Shown: in pieces, positions 22,892 to 36,600 of the stretch
Position numbering within the stretch: the first letter of the stretch is position 1
Layout of the letters: each line of letters starts with the position of its first letter
Origin: Mizuhopecten yessoensis
Lineage: Eukaryota
Direction: 5' to 3'
Length of the DNA stretch: 64,000 nt
Assembly (NCBI RefSeq): GCF_002113885.1
Contig: NW_018408902.1
Coordinates: 1,078,550-1,142,549 of the forward strand
Notes under the pieces: generated by a model
Database searches by the model: none
The model's input: only the letters and a program-made list of their open reading frames with translations
What the model was told of the DNA's origin: nothing
Translations under genes and position numbers: made by a program

Positions 22892-25800
22892 ATGGCAGAC
22901 TACGGCAAAGATTACATGGCAAACAACGCCGATCCCAAGAACATCCAGGACCTGACAGCTTTTGTAAGTTTGTCCGCTATTTTTTGTCTACTTTAAGAGA
23001 TTCTACCTGGTCAAGGTAGGCTAAGCCTAGAACTTAGAATGGAATCTTGGCAGGTCCAAACCTGCTTTGTATTCCCTCGAAACAGTATCAGCCTAATCCG
23101 ACTTGGTTGATCGTAAAATTGGAATTTAATTTTCTGTTTCATAAAAATAAGATATTAGGAATGTAAGCAACAAAGACATGCATTTCTTAATACATATATT
23201 TCAGAATTTTACCTGGATCTGTAACAATATTAGAATGCATGCATGACTAATAATATCTGATTATATTCCTTTATGAAGTGAAGATAACGTTACTCGCTGT
23301 ATGTTGGAGTATTATCAATTATCTACTCGAACAATGGAAGAGGACATCGGCCTCAATAATATTTCATTACTGAATTATCTACATATGCAGTTGCGGAGAA
23401 CTGTAGCGTCATATATAAGCTTACACAAAAACAAAGTTATCAATAATGTACAATCGCACCATAATGTTAGGCATATACTGGTAGTAATGTTATGTTTGTA
23501 TTCAGTTGATGTAACTGTTGGCATTCCAGTAAGTGCTAATTTCAGCATTCACATGATAGTAAATTTCTCCTATCAATAAAATCACTGCTAATAATATAAG
23601 AATGATCAAAAGGACTGAAGTTGTTACTACAAATTATATATATGTGCCATGGACTGCAAAAGTTGATAGTTATAGTACACAGGCCTGTTGGTCTTGTCCG
23701 TGTAAATTATGTTTCAACAGGTAAATATTGATTTATCCTGATTTAAGTATTTTACAAAATTTAACCTATTTGTGGCATGTACTCTATTTCACAGTTTCGG
23801 AATATTTTCAGAATTTGCACTATCTTTTACAACAAAAGAGATTCTAAAATACAAAGATATAGGAAACATTCTAAATGTCATTGCCTGCCTCACAAATTTA
23901 TTTAAAGCCCTGATGATTGTACTGGAATAATGTTTAAAAATAACACTTATTAACACTTCAAAGCAGAAAAGGTTCTGTGTAGAATTATTGTTTCAGAGTA
24001 AATAGTAGTTTTATTTAAAAGCCAACAAAGAACTATTGTCACAAGGATTTGCCTTTAAGTAGGCCATTTCTTTGTATAGTGAACTTTTCAGAAAGTGAAA
24101 GCTGTGTAAAGCAATTATACAATACCTCTGGAAATTTAAAACCACTGGTGGCATGGTACATATAATTTGTGTGTTGCTACCTTTATGCTTTTAAAGCTTG
24201 TTAAAATTTAGATAACATTCCTTTGATAATGTTTCATAGCTTTGACAAGTCACTTGCTGTCAGAAATGGTAGACGAAGCAATGAAATATTAAAAGGATTC
24301 AACATTTGTATGTGAAATAATTTAATTGTGAAGTTGAAAATTGTTGTATATTACTAAACGTTAATTGCATGATCAGATTTCCAACAAATTGATTACAAGC
24401 AAGTCAATTTGAAGCTTTGTAAATATGACAACACATAGTTATTAGATTGCTGCAAAGATATTTTTTACATTGAAGTATAATTAGTCACATCCCAACCCAG
24501 GATTAAAAATCTTTCATTGCAGAAGTTTATTCAGTTACTTCAGATACAGAGTTTATTGTATTGTTTATAATTATAGTGTCATACTTTGACTATTCAGCAC
24601 CATAAGGATTAAAAGTAGAAAATCTATCCAGAAATTCCCGGGCCTCTAAATGTTGCATAAAATGCACATCTAAGCAAATCCGGTACTCAACTAATCAATT
24701 GCCCATTCAGCCAAGACAGAAACCATATATAGGTATGGCAAAGGTATGAATTATTTAGATACAACAAAGGGCCCATTGTCACAAAAACATACAGCAAGTT
24801 GGGTTTATGGCATTAGTGTTGAAACATCTGGTGTGTGACTGGATTGTTGTACATGTAGCTACATGTATGGTTTACTGTAGGAGTGTAATACACATGTCAG
24901 CAAAGAGAAGTATTGCTTATTAAAAACTCCTGGTCTTACAGCTAATCATATCTGCAGTATACAACATTATGATATTTAATATTAAGGAATTAATTACTTT
25001 TACTGAACATGTCTAAACTAAAGACATCATAGGGACCAAAACATTTGTATGAAATGAAACATCAGGTTTTCTGATAATAATATGAATCTGCAGTATACAA
25101 CTTTATAATATTCATCATTCAGGAATTAATTACTTATACATTACTTTTACTGAACATGTCTAAACTAAAGACATCATAGGGACCAAAACATTTGTATGAA
25201 ATGAAACATCAGGTTTTCTGATAATCATATGGATCTGTGGTATACAACATTATAATATTAATTATTAAGGAATTAATTACTTATACATTACTTTTACTGA
25301 ACATGTCTGAACTAGACATCATGGGATCAAAACGTTTGTATAAAATGAAACATACACAGGTTTTCTGATTCAGGTACACAAAGTTTATCTAAATATTAGA
25401 TAATTTAGTTTTACTAGCCTTGACTTGTCAGGTTACTACCTAGTAGTCTTTAACCATTACTGGTATATGTTATGTAAAATATGTCTTATTGATCCTGAAG
25501 TGGATGCTAGCTGGCGTGAAGCTAATGTCACTTTTTAGATATACCCAACTCCTCATGTCCTTGCATTGGCGTTTGACTAAGGCCAGACCAAATTTTAACC
25601 ACTTTGAATTTGAAAATAAAGTGGTTGAAATTTGGTCTGGTCTTTATTAAGGGTTCATGTACTCAGTGTCATATATTCAAAAGTACCTGTAGAAAAATGA
25701 CATTGTTTGTGAAGAAGTTCATTCAGTTTAAAAAAAAAGGGGGAATTTTAATCCTTACAAAGCTGTTGTCTTGAACCAAAATTGCTGTTTATTAAAATAC

Positions 25801-28800
25801 AGAAATTTGAAAGATCCGAGTCTGATTGTACATGTATAAGGATAAGTTTAAGTGAACTGCTCACATGGCTTAGGGTCACATAACCATTCACTGGTAGAAT
25901 ATATTGATCTGGTGGGAAGGGTCCTGAATTTACAACTTGAGCTGAGGTATACATTGTCTATACCTGACAATTTTGGACACTTCCATACTTCGTATAAGAG
26001 TCATCTTATCTTATTTACCAGGTGTATAATAAACCCCTGAGTTATTGGATATTTCTGTTTACCTGTGTCCTTCCCATATATATCATTGACATACGTTACA
26101 GTACAAATACTCTGTACATGTCTAGGAAGTTAAAGTAAGTGAACTCTTGTGTATAGTGCTGTAACATGTAGCAACATGCTTATAATCAATAAATAGCAAA
26201 CGTGCATATTAGGAACTCGGGTATGAACAAAAATCAATACTATCACACAACATACATCTGAAATTCAAATCAACACAGCCAAGGCAAGGAAATATTGTTT
26301 CATAAACTAACTACATTTTACTTAAAAATATGTAACTGAACTTTTAAAACTTGTAATTAAAGGAACGTGAATCATTCAAGACAGGACCAAAATAATCTCC
26401 GATGATAATGAAGATTATTGCTATCCCCACGATTTCCAGGTGGTCATAAAATATAACAAGTGACTTTTATTTTTTGTATACAACTGAAGTCAACAGTATA
26501 ACAATGGCCACTAACTGGTATTGATACTCTTTCTCTTGAAATGAATATTTAAATTTCATCTTGATTTTGTATTCTGATAAAAATAAAACTGCATATATCC
26601 GGTATGTTATGGTGTGAGTGGATGTATGTGCTATTTTTTGTTAGTTTTGTTTTATAATTATCTTTTTAGCAGACATAAAAACCTGTATGAAAACCGGTTT
26701 TAAAATGCTATTTGAAAATTGATGTCAGTATATGTCCATGTCAATGTGAATGACCACATGCACGTGTCATAGAAATATTCATACACATGTGTATATATAT
26801 ATATGTACATCTGACACTGTTTGCATTGTATTTATTATTGTTTCTCAACTGCTTGAAATTATGCTTGCATAATGATGCATCTGATTCAATGTATGTAAGT
26901 CTGTCTCAATGTATATACATGTATGTATGTACTGTCTGTCTGTCTGTCTGTTTTGTCTGTCTCATGTATATATGTATGTGTGTATGAGTATATATGTGGG
27001 TGTATTTGTATGTGTATTATGTTTTTTGTGTATACGTGCTATATGTTTATCCTTGTTTGTAATATTATGTTGTATATGGAATTTGTTAGGGTGTGAAAGA
27101 AGTATGTTTTGTGTTCTTGTCCTGTACTCTTTTTGCAAATATTTTATTTTCCCATTGCCCTTCCTATTTATTTATTTATAGTTTGACTGATGGATGTTGA
27201 ATGAGAACCCTCCTGCGTGAGGACACCATATTATTCAGGGGCTGACTCCAGGGCTCCCCAACCCTGGCATCCCCCATCAAAATATTTATATATGTATATA
27301 CATATCTGCTTCGAAGCAGTATATGTATTTATGAAAAAAATGGCTGGGGGAATAAAATATTTGTACTGAATTTAAAAAAAAAAAAAATGGTATTGCCTGG
27401 CAACTCCTAAGTCTATCTTTAAAACACTCCCTAAAAAGACATATATCTTATTATTAAAAGATAAATTTCGAAAGTATAAACGCCATTCTATAAATTTGGC
27501 AGAACTTGGTAGGTATGATCCTGTATAATATTTTTTTATAAACTGACCCATCATTTCATATATTCCATTTAGACAAGTTATCATCATTTACCAATCCTAC
27601 TATGTACACATATGTCCTTTAGATGAAGGGAGGCATTGTATTCCTATACTTCTTATTATTTCAAAATACTACTCGGGCCACAATTCTTTAACCAAAAATA
27701 TTTCTTAATGAAATTTTATGCATACAGTACATGTATATATACATCAATGATGTATGTATATGCAGTGTTCATTGATTAGGTTACCGTAATGTTAACCGAT
27801 CACCTCAAGGTCAAAAGTAAAGTACCGTGTATTGGTGGCATGCCAGGGTACATTGCAAGTGCTTGATTGCCATCAAAATTTCTTTTAAAATTGTGTGTTG
27901 ATCATAATGTTAAAACAGTTGAATTGATATCAATGAATCCCTGTAGTTGAAGTACCTGGTATACCAGCATTACCTAGAGAACTTAAAGTGTGTAGCATTG
28001 TATTTTATACATAGTTATAGATGTATAAAACGTTTGATTTTTTTGTTGAACAAAATAAAATCTGTTCTTATAATGGAAGTTTTACAGGTTAATTGATAAT
28101 TTTATTTTTTACTGTTACAGGTACAGACTCTTCTGCAACAGATGCAAGACAAGTTCCAGAACATGTCTGACCAAGTGATCACAAGGAATATCCTTTATTG
28201 TATATGTTGACATACACTTCTCTTTAAAATCAATTAATCACTATATATAAGATGGCACAATGTCAATGACAAATCACAATTGATTGCTCAGGAGCTTTAA
28301 TTTCTTATCAGGGAAAGTTGGACTTCGAGAAATTTTAAGGGGGCAACTTTGTGGAAAGAATTTGTTTATGTGAATTATAATCAACTCTTCCTATGCCAAT
28401 GATCCCCACACAAGCCTTATCATTAGCACTGCATGCAAAATCTTTACTCATTCTTTGACTAGGACTACAGACAAGACTTTACTAATGCATGCAACACCAA
28501 ATATGGTCCAAACACATTACATAACATACAGACCGTATTATACCTACACGCTACATATTATCATTTAAGAAATATCCCAGTCTACATTTGAAACTTTAAA
28601 CTGTAATACGTGTTATATTTTTAATAATGACAAATGACCCCTTAAATGCATTTAATGCATATTGATTCAATGCAATTTGTTTGAAACATTATATATTCCT
28701 TAACCTCTTTGCACTTGATGAGATGGGAAACCGCATTGATGATCTTGAGAAGAACATCGCTGATCTGATGACACAGGCTGGTGTAGATGAACGCGCATAG
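22892..28800 (+). CDS. HSBP1: Heat shock factor-binding protein 1, 3 exons, 74 aa
   Basis: Exons 22892-22963, 28121-28187, 28715-28800 give [74 protein letters not shown], the HSBP1 coiled-coil signature; missed by the ORF track. Confidence 0.97.
24951..25370. repeat. ~136-147-bp tandem repeat, 3 copies, HSBP1 intron 1
   Basis: TCTGCAGTATACAAC...ACTGAACATGTCTAAACTAAAGACATCATAGGGACC...CAGGTTTTCTGAT starting at about 24951, 25087, 25234. Confidence 0.9.
25581..25642. repeat. 62-bp inverted repeat (mini-MITE or hairpin)
   Basis: GGCCAGACCAAATTTTAACCACTTT / AAAGTGGTTGAAATTTGGTCTGGTC. Confidence 0.6.
28188..28714 (+). other. U12-type AT-AC intron (HSBP1 intron 2)
   Basis: 5' site ATATCCTTT, branch point TTCCTTAAC at 28696-28704, terminal AC at 28713-28714; removal restores ITRIDEM. 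Confidence 0.95.
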
Positions 28801-30696
28801 CCGAACTTGTCACATAACTTCATCATCTTGTGTATTTTGTATGTCACAATGTGTGTGTGTATCATCTTGAGCCCTCTGGTAGTGGCGTGTCCTTTCAGCA
28901 AGGGGGCATGGTCACTTGAAGGGTGTGTCCTTAACGAGAGGGACTGTATATCACCGTACACAGAACATTCCACCCAGTATTTTAGCGTGTGCCTTCGACC
29001 AAGACTGAACCACAACAAATTTGTAGAGTACTATAACAGTGGCAGCCTCATTGTGTAGTGGTGTCGGAAACTTTTGTAGACAAATTCATCAATGTATGCA
29101 AAAAAACAGGAGCATATGTCGCCAGTGCTGTCATCCTCTATAATATCTCAATTAATCCATCATATCAATTTAAACTGGGTCTAAAAGGATGGCAAAATCT
29201 GACGACAATTTTTTTTAAATTCATTAAGTTGGTCCTACCATCCCCTCTCTCTGTAGTGGAACAACCAACCAAGTAATATAAATGTATGTTATATACAATG
29301 TACATATCTCATGCACCATACAAGAGTTTAGGGAGGGCAGGATTGACATGTGTAATTGTGGTTGTGTAAATGATAAGTTTTTCTGGGCAGCTGTCAATGT
29401 CCAAGCCTGTATAAAATGTGATCAATTGATGAATTTACCATATTTAAACATAACTGTTAAAACCCAGTATTATTCAGTTATTTGTTGAACATTTTTAGGT
29501 TTTTCGTTTTCTTATTTTTAAATAAAAACAAAATTGGAGGCTTTGGGCAATGTTCTGTACTTAAAATGCAATTGATGAATTTATTTATTAATCAAATAAT
29601 TTATTATACCATTGTTGTACATTTGCTGTTTCTATTAAAACATCTTTGCTTGTAGTAGAATTTATTAAAACTTCTCATTTCAATAAATGTTTTATTGTAT
29701 TTTTTTTTAAAGATAAACTTGTCCAGTATTTCACTTTCAGTGACATGCTATTTTGGACAATTCCAACAACCCAAAATTAGTAAAACTAACAAACTACTGC
29801 ACTTTGTGCACATAGCAATACCACACAAGAAAATTTGAACTGAACAACAATGGCGCAAAACAATGATGATCAGTGGACGCCTGCCAATGGCTTCCAGCTA
29901 AAACAGAGTTCTAGCTAGCTATTGGGGTAATACACCTTGTATTACAAGTTTGAAATACATGACCTTGTATTGGACTGCCCTAAAACTGGCTATCACTAAA
30001 TAACATTCACCAGTTATGTAATACATGTAAATGTATTTATATAAATCATGGTCCAGATCTTGTTAAAACCTTGTCTATGACTGAAGGACGTTGATATTTA
30101 AAATAATCCAATCAATCTTCATCAATAGCTATACAATGTAGTGAATGTACCATTAAACACGTACCAGATCTACTGGTACGCTGAATATTACATATCAAAA
30201 TAACCACAAACTGATATGAATGTGTTGGAAAGAGTTTGCTAATTTCCTTTTAGTTAAATAGGCATAATTGTCTTAAATGTTCTACGAGTTTGGCCATTTT
30301 TATTGCAGAATCTGGGTAATCTGGACATTAGTCTTGATACAGATCTAGAATTTCTGCATACAAGTGACCGTACTGGATTATCTCCCTTTGTTGTATAAGA
30401 ATCCTCTGCACAAAAATGTTTAAATAAACTAAAATGATCCAATGATCCAGCCCCTATGAGAAGTTTGATCTGCCATTGGTAAATGATCGGTGTTGCCACT
30501 GTTGCAGCATTTTGATGAAGGGAGGTAATCCAGTTATGAAACAAATATTTAATTTGGATAAAAGATGTTGTGATAAAAATCAGATTCTGAATATAAAACA
30601 AAGCTTGGGATATCTGTTTAACAAGTATTAACAGTATATTTATTAAAAACAACAACTTGAAGACGTTATGAGAAATGGGTGACATGAGTGGTGTGG

Positions 30697-33600
30697 TCAT
30701 GAAATGTCTGACATCCTGAGAAGTCCTTTCTGCTTGACAGCCTTCAACCTGAAACACAGAAGAGTAACATATACCTCCTGACCCTGAAGAGAATTTTATA
30801 GTTCTGTAAAGATCGGCATATACATTATATATTTAGTCTAGTAAGCATAGCCATGAGTGTATATATACAAACTGTTTAGTTAAAGGGTTTATCCTATGTT
30901 TTTATTTTCAAATTTCATGACCCTTGGCATTATATAAACTCGAGAAAAAGACCTTAAGCATATACTGCATGTTGACTCTTGACCTCCGACAGCTCTAAAG
31001 TTGACCTTTGACCTCAAAGCAATATGCATGTGTATGATCTACAGAACATACCAATCTTCAGATAATGTTTGAAGGTTTTAAGATATTAGATCCCTGTGAC
31101 CTTGAAAGCAGGCCAAGGCTATTAATACAAATAAACTACAAAGTATTCCATCCCAGTTAATTAGCTATTGGCAAAGCTGTGGGACTCTCGATTTCAAGAA
31201 CATGTTATTTAAAAGGAAAACATTGATGCCAGATGTCCCAGTAAGGCATAAGCCCAACCAGGGGAACTTTCCTACAAGGGAGACAACTTAAAATATCTAA
31301 CTTTCAAAAGACAAATTTAAGACTAGGGACAGTGTTTGTAAATTATGTCCCTACTTTGGAGCACATTGACTGTCTTACTTTTAGATAAATATTTGATTGA
31401 AACAAATTTTAACAATGATATTGACCTTCAGCCTTCTTTAATTACATTTCACACATCTTCATGTCTTTTTGAAACTTAGGAAGCTTGGTGATATTCAAAA
31501 AACTACTTTGAGAATACTGGTGTTTTCTGATACTTGTTTAACAGAATTACATTTAACTTATGTCTCTGTAGCCTTCCTCATCTTCCTCATATCTTAGTAA
31601 TTACTGTGACAATGTGGTGTTATTTTCTGTATAACTGTGTCGTATATAGATTCTGCAAACAACTTGCAAAACTAATTACCACGTAATGTTTGACTAGTAT
31701 TCCCAGCAGCCCTAATTTTTGTTTTAAAATATTAAATGTGTGATGGGCACTTTGGGAATGACAAACTCATAATGGGCCAACATAGTATAAATGCCGAACT
31801 GAAAATAAGTTCGGTCCCAATCAGGCAATAATATTTATTTTTTTGCATTAATTTGAAATGGGGATAGCATCAGCATAACCTCTGTCAAGAGTTTGTGAAA
31901 CTATTATCTTTTATACTAAAAATGATGGTAAGATTGTACTGACTTCTGAATCAGCTTTTGATCATCTTCCATATCACTGGAATCGTAGTCAGAATGGCTG
32001 GAATCGCTGCGTTGTCTTGATCTCTGTTTCTTACTTTTCTTTTTTTCTTTGTGCTTGTCTTTCTTATGTTTAGCCTGCAAAAAATTCCATACTATTATGT
32101 CTTAAAGAGCTTTTCTGTATTTTAAAATGTAATTGTTTTAGTTTTATCAATAGCAAATGAGAAACTGAGTCAAGTGTCTAATAGTGATTTTTGATTGATA
32201 ACCTTAAATTGGGATCCTACCTTCCATTCCCCAATTGACTGATGGTCACTAGTGGGAGGTCAGTGGGCCCCTCCTGATTTTTGATCCTTAACATATTATG
32301 GCATTCATGTTATGTTTCGGAGCTACCTTACCCCCATTCTCCCTTCAAAACACCATTCATGGAGAGGGGAAGAGGTTGCAAAATAAATTTAGAACTTAAG
32401 CCCATCCTAGGATTCCCCCTAGACCCAAATTTAGCATTTAAATGAAAGTTATATCATTTAAGGAAAATTCAAAAAAGTAATATGTGTTTTACGAAATTCA
32501 GATTTTCAGTTCAAACTGACTGCTTATTTAAGACTGTCTGTTTACCTTTTTCTCTTTCTTATGTTTGTGTCTGTCCTTGTGTCTGTCTTTGTGTCTATCT
32601 TTATGTCTGTGTTTATGACTTGAGGTCAAGTTCAGATCCACATATGCTGAGGTAGTGGACATACTGGAGGGACGAGGAGCACCTGTATAACAAAATGGGG
32701 TAATTTTAAAAATTCTACCACAATATCTTCAAGATATCTGAAAAAATTCTTAACCCTACCGTTTGGAAGTATATCATAGTTAATTTTTCCTTATATAAAA
32801 ATATCAATTTCTAGATCACAAATTGTTTGACATGAAACAAATGATATCATTTACGCTGTTGCACATTATTATGTATTTTTTTGAAAGAAATCTATACATT
32901 CTTCCTGTGGTTGTATAGAGAACAAGTTTATTGCCAGTTTCTGAGTCTCATACCAGGTGGAGGTAGTGCTGGTCCATACTGCTCATCCTCATCCCTGGCA
33001 GTGGCCTGTTGGGGTGGGGCCAGTCTTTCTTGTAGCTCTATATCCTCTGGACTCTCAGCAATACTTTCAGCACTGTCTTCCACATGTGTTGTAGGTTTTG
33101 ACGACACTTTATCTAAAATTAATAAGATGTTACATTGTAATCCTTCATTCCGTAAACTAAACAAAGAGTTTTAAGTAACTTGCCACGGATTTCATCATTT
33201 GACACCAGGAAATAAAATACCTATTTAATTGTTATTAAAACAACAAATCATGTTGTGTTTTCATCACAACCATATGTCTTCAGCATCAAAATACGAACGT
33301 AGACTTTGAGTTCGTTTAATGAATTCAACAGTAAACATGACCTAGAGACGGTGCAGAATTCTAGGTCATAAACATATGAGCATAAAACATCTAGTCTAAT
33401 AAATACTTGTTTAAGTTTTAGCTACCTAGATGTTAAGATTGGCTACCATAGGTTCAAGTTGAATTAGTTTTGAGATTGTAAGGTCAGTAGACATACTGGT
33501 ACGCGGTACTTAAAGGATCACTGTCATGTTTAATTTTGGATGAATTCATTTTACCACAAAAATCAACTGCCATTTGAAAAATTATCCTATAAAGAGTGTC

Positions 33601-36600
33601 TCTTTTATTCTGACAACAAGTTTTGAACTCTAATCTAGTATGATACATGTATATCAGACTACAGTAGGTGAAGGGTGAAAAGATTCTTATCATATATTTT
33701 GAGTCAGATCTGGCCTTTAAATAGCTAAACAACTGTAGTCCTACCTGTCTTGGGTACGGTAGGGAGACTTGGGGAGGCAAGCTCACTGTGTGAAGGTTTG
33801 GTCTGCTTCACCTCCTCCTCCTCCTCTTCCTCCTCCTCCTCTGAGCTGTCCTCGGAGTCTGTGTTACCAAATATGGCACCAAATAAGTCCAAAGCTGGCT
33901 TCTCTGTCTGTAATGGTAGAACATTTATGTTAAATATATTTCTCAACACTACCTTTAGTCCAGACATATTTGGTTTATAAAATGAATGTAATCACTTTCT
34001 TTTTTTGCAGATCAACATAAGAACTATCGCTACAAAGGAAAAACTGAACTCTGTGGTAAAAGTGATAGACCCACCCTCAGTCGCCTAGCAACATACATTC
34101 ATTGTATTAGTTCACAATCACTTTTGCACTTTTCATTTGCTTGACCCATGGAATTCAAGATATTCTTTCAGAAGAGTGACAAAATAAGATGTGTAATACA
34201 GTCAACATATCTATACAGATCACCTGTCTGGTTATAAGGGTTCATCAATTGTTTATTTCATAATATTAGAAACCTGTCTATTAAGACCAGTTTTTCTTTC
34301 TCCCTTTGGTAGTGGTCATTACACACAGGTTTCATTGTACAAGTGAAAGTAAAACTTCGGCACCTGTTCTATATTTTGTGTGGTACTTGTAGGTGATTCC
34401 TGTGTATCTGGTGTGTCCTGTATATCTGGTGTGGCAGGTTTCTGTGAAGTGGATGGTGTGTCCACCAGGTCACTGAAGATAGATTTGAGAGGAGCAGTCA
34501 TCTTGGAACGATTTTTGATGTCAAAGGTCACCGGTTTGGATCCTGAGGAAATGAAATAAATCGTTTTCTAAAGAAACATTACAACACTTTTCTGAGGATG
34601 TCATTTAATTTTATTCAAAATCTAAATCCCATTTTATGAATAATGAAAATACACATTCATAAGCATTGATTAAATTTAAAGATGTCCATCAGAGACACCC
34701 CTTTAATTTTCATGTAGTAACCATGCCTGCATGTGGATCAGGAATAAGATAAACTGACAAAGCCTTACTGCCTGTTCTTGTTTGGAAGTTGGGGCTTTCG
34801 TATTTGTATAATCGTACCTCAATATGGATAGATAAGGAAGAAGAATGGCTGGCATGTCTGTTTTGTAGGTATAAGATATATGGGGTGTCTCCAAATCTGG
34901 TAACAGTACCTACCTGTGGGTGGCTCAGTAGGAGGAGGAGGGGCTGGCAAAGCCTTCATGTCCTGTGAGGTTGGTGACTCAGATTCATTTGAGAAGTTCA
35001 GAAATGTAAACACAGAGTACTTGTCCCGCTTCACCGTGGGCAACCCCACAATGGAGGACCTAGAGAATACAAAGCAATATGTTGTCATAGGCCTTTACAG
35101 ATCACCTGTCTCGTTATAAGGGTTTATCAATTGTTTATTTCATAATATTAGAAACCTGTCTATAATGACCAACTGTCTACACCACCTCCCATGATTTAGA
35201 GTATACTCTGCTAGGAAATACAGTTAATCTCTTTAAGCCAGTTTTTTTTCAATCTGGAAAACTTACAATCTGTATTTTCATTATATGGAATAGCTTTCCA
35301 GAACATGAATTGCATATGAATTTGTACTTTGTAAATCTTAAAAACACACTTTTCTTCTAGAAACCAAAGTACACATTGTATCTCATATAATCAAGTACTG
35401 CAATTGTACTGGATTACATTTTTTGTGAGATTTTGTCTACGTTGAACTTTTGAATACCAGAGAATGGGAGGGCTAGCATTGGACATAAAGATGGACCACT
35501 TTATTGTCTCAGGGCCCCAAATTTGAAAATGTGAATTTTATATAATATTATGTTCCATCCATTTTGAAAATTGTACGTTGTTCTGATGACGGCCTGATGA
35601 AACATTTAAGCACTGGATTAAATTTGCTGATATCCCAGTTGATGTTGTCATCTCTTCTCATTAATATGTTCCATCTGTCAGTATAGATTCTGAAGGAAGT
35701 GTCCAGTTGTGTAGCACCTGAAGTCTTCTATTCTTTTAAATGCAGGGCATTAGGTTTTTGAGTCCTATATATCCACAGGACCATTCTGATACCAAGCCCA
35801 GACTCCTGTCTCATGAAAATTCTTTTTTAAACTTTTCACTGCATTTTTATGGGAAATTTATGTTAGAGAAAGGTGATTCAAGAAACTGAAACCTAATAAC
35901 AAGCTTAGAGGTAGATGAATATTTCTGAAAATTTTACTTGCACTGGCAACTATAATTAAACCCTTTGAAAGGAAGGCAAGTAGCTAAACCAATCCATCCA
36001 TAAATAAACTTCAACATTAAACTTGACTCCTGGGTGTGGCATGTAAAGTGGCTCTATTGTGACAATTTGAACAATCTAGCAACATAACTGATATACATTT
36101 ATGTAAAAAAAAATATTTTGAGTTCATTTGTAGAATGAGATAGGGTAAAGGGAGATAATTAAATCCCATTGCTGGGGAGCATGCTCACTGAGCATACATA
36201 GCAAAGGGGCTTTGGATGATGAATCCCTCAAGGATGAATTTTAGTGGGTGAAATGATCAGAACACACTTAACACACACAGCATATGGATCGTCATCATTA
36301 AATATTCTGGAGAACAGTTAATGGTAGAAAGTGTCCAGACAAGTTTAACATATCCAGGATAGGGGTTAGGGATGTTTAACCTCCAGGACAACAGTTTGTG
36401 TTAGGAAGGGCCGGGACAAACTAAAACATACCCAGGATAGGAGTTAGGGACGTTAAACCTCCAGGACAACAGGTTGTGTTAGGAAGGGCCGGGACAAACT
36501 AAAACATACCTAGGATAGGGGTTAGGGAAGTTAAACCTCCAGGACAACAGTTTGTGTTAGGAAGGGCCGGGATAAACTAAAACATACCCAGGATAGGGTT

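Noticed and set aside
26590-27390. TG/TA-rich tract ending in AATAAA and an A-run (possible LINE 3' end or retrocopy)
   Set aside because: Low complexity, no ORF homology or TSD visible.
30254-30757. 167-aa minus-strand ORF
   Set aside because: Overlaps the last GPATCH1 exon in another frame and runs into AT-rich 3' UTR; no domain signature.
34199-35180. Duplicated ~75-bp segment in neighbouring GPATCH1 introns (34217 and 35096) as candidate snoRNAs
   Set aside because: No convincing C/D or H/ACA layout; TACAGTCAA start and ACCTGTCTAT..GACCA motifs fit Tc1/pogo-type MITE remnants better.
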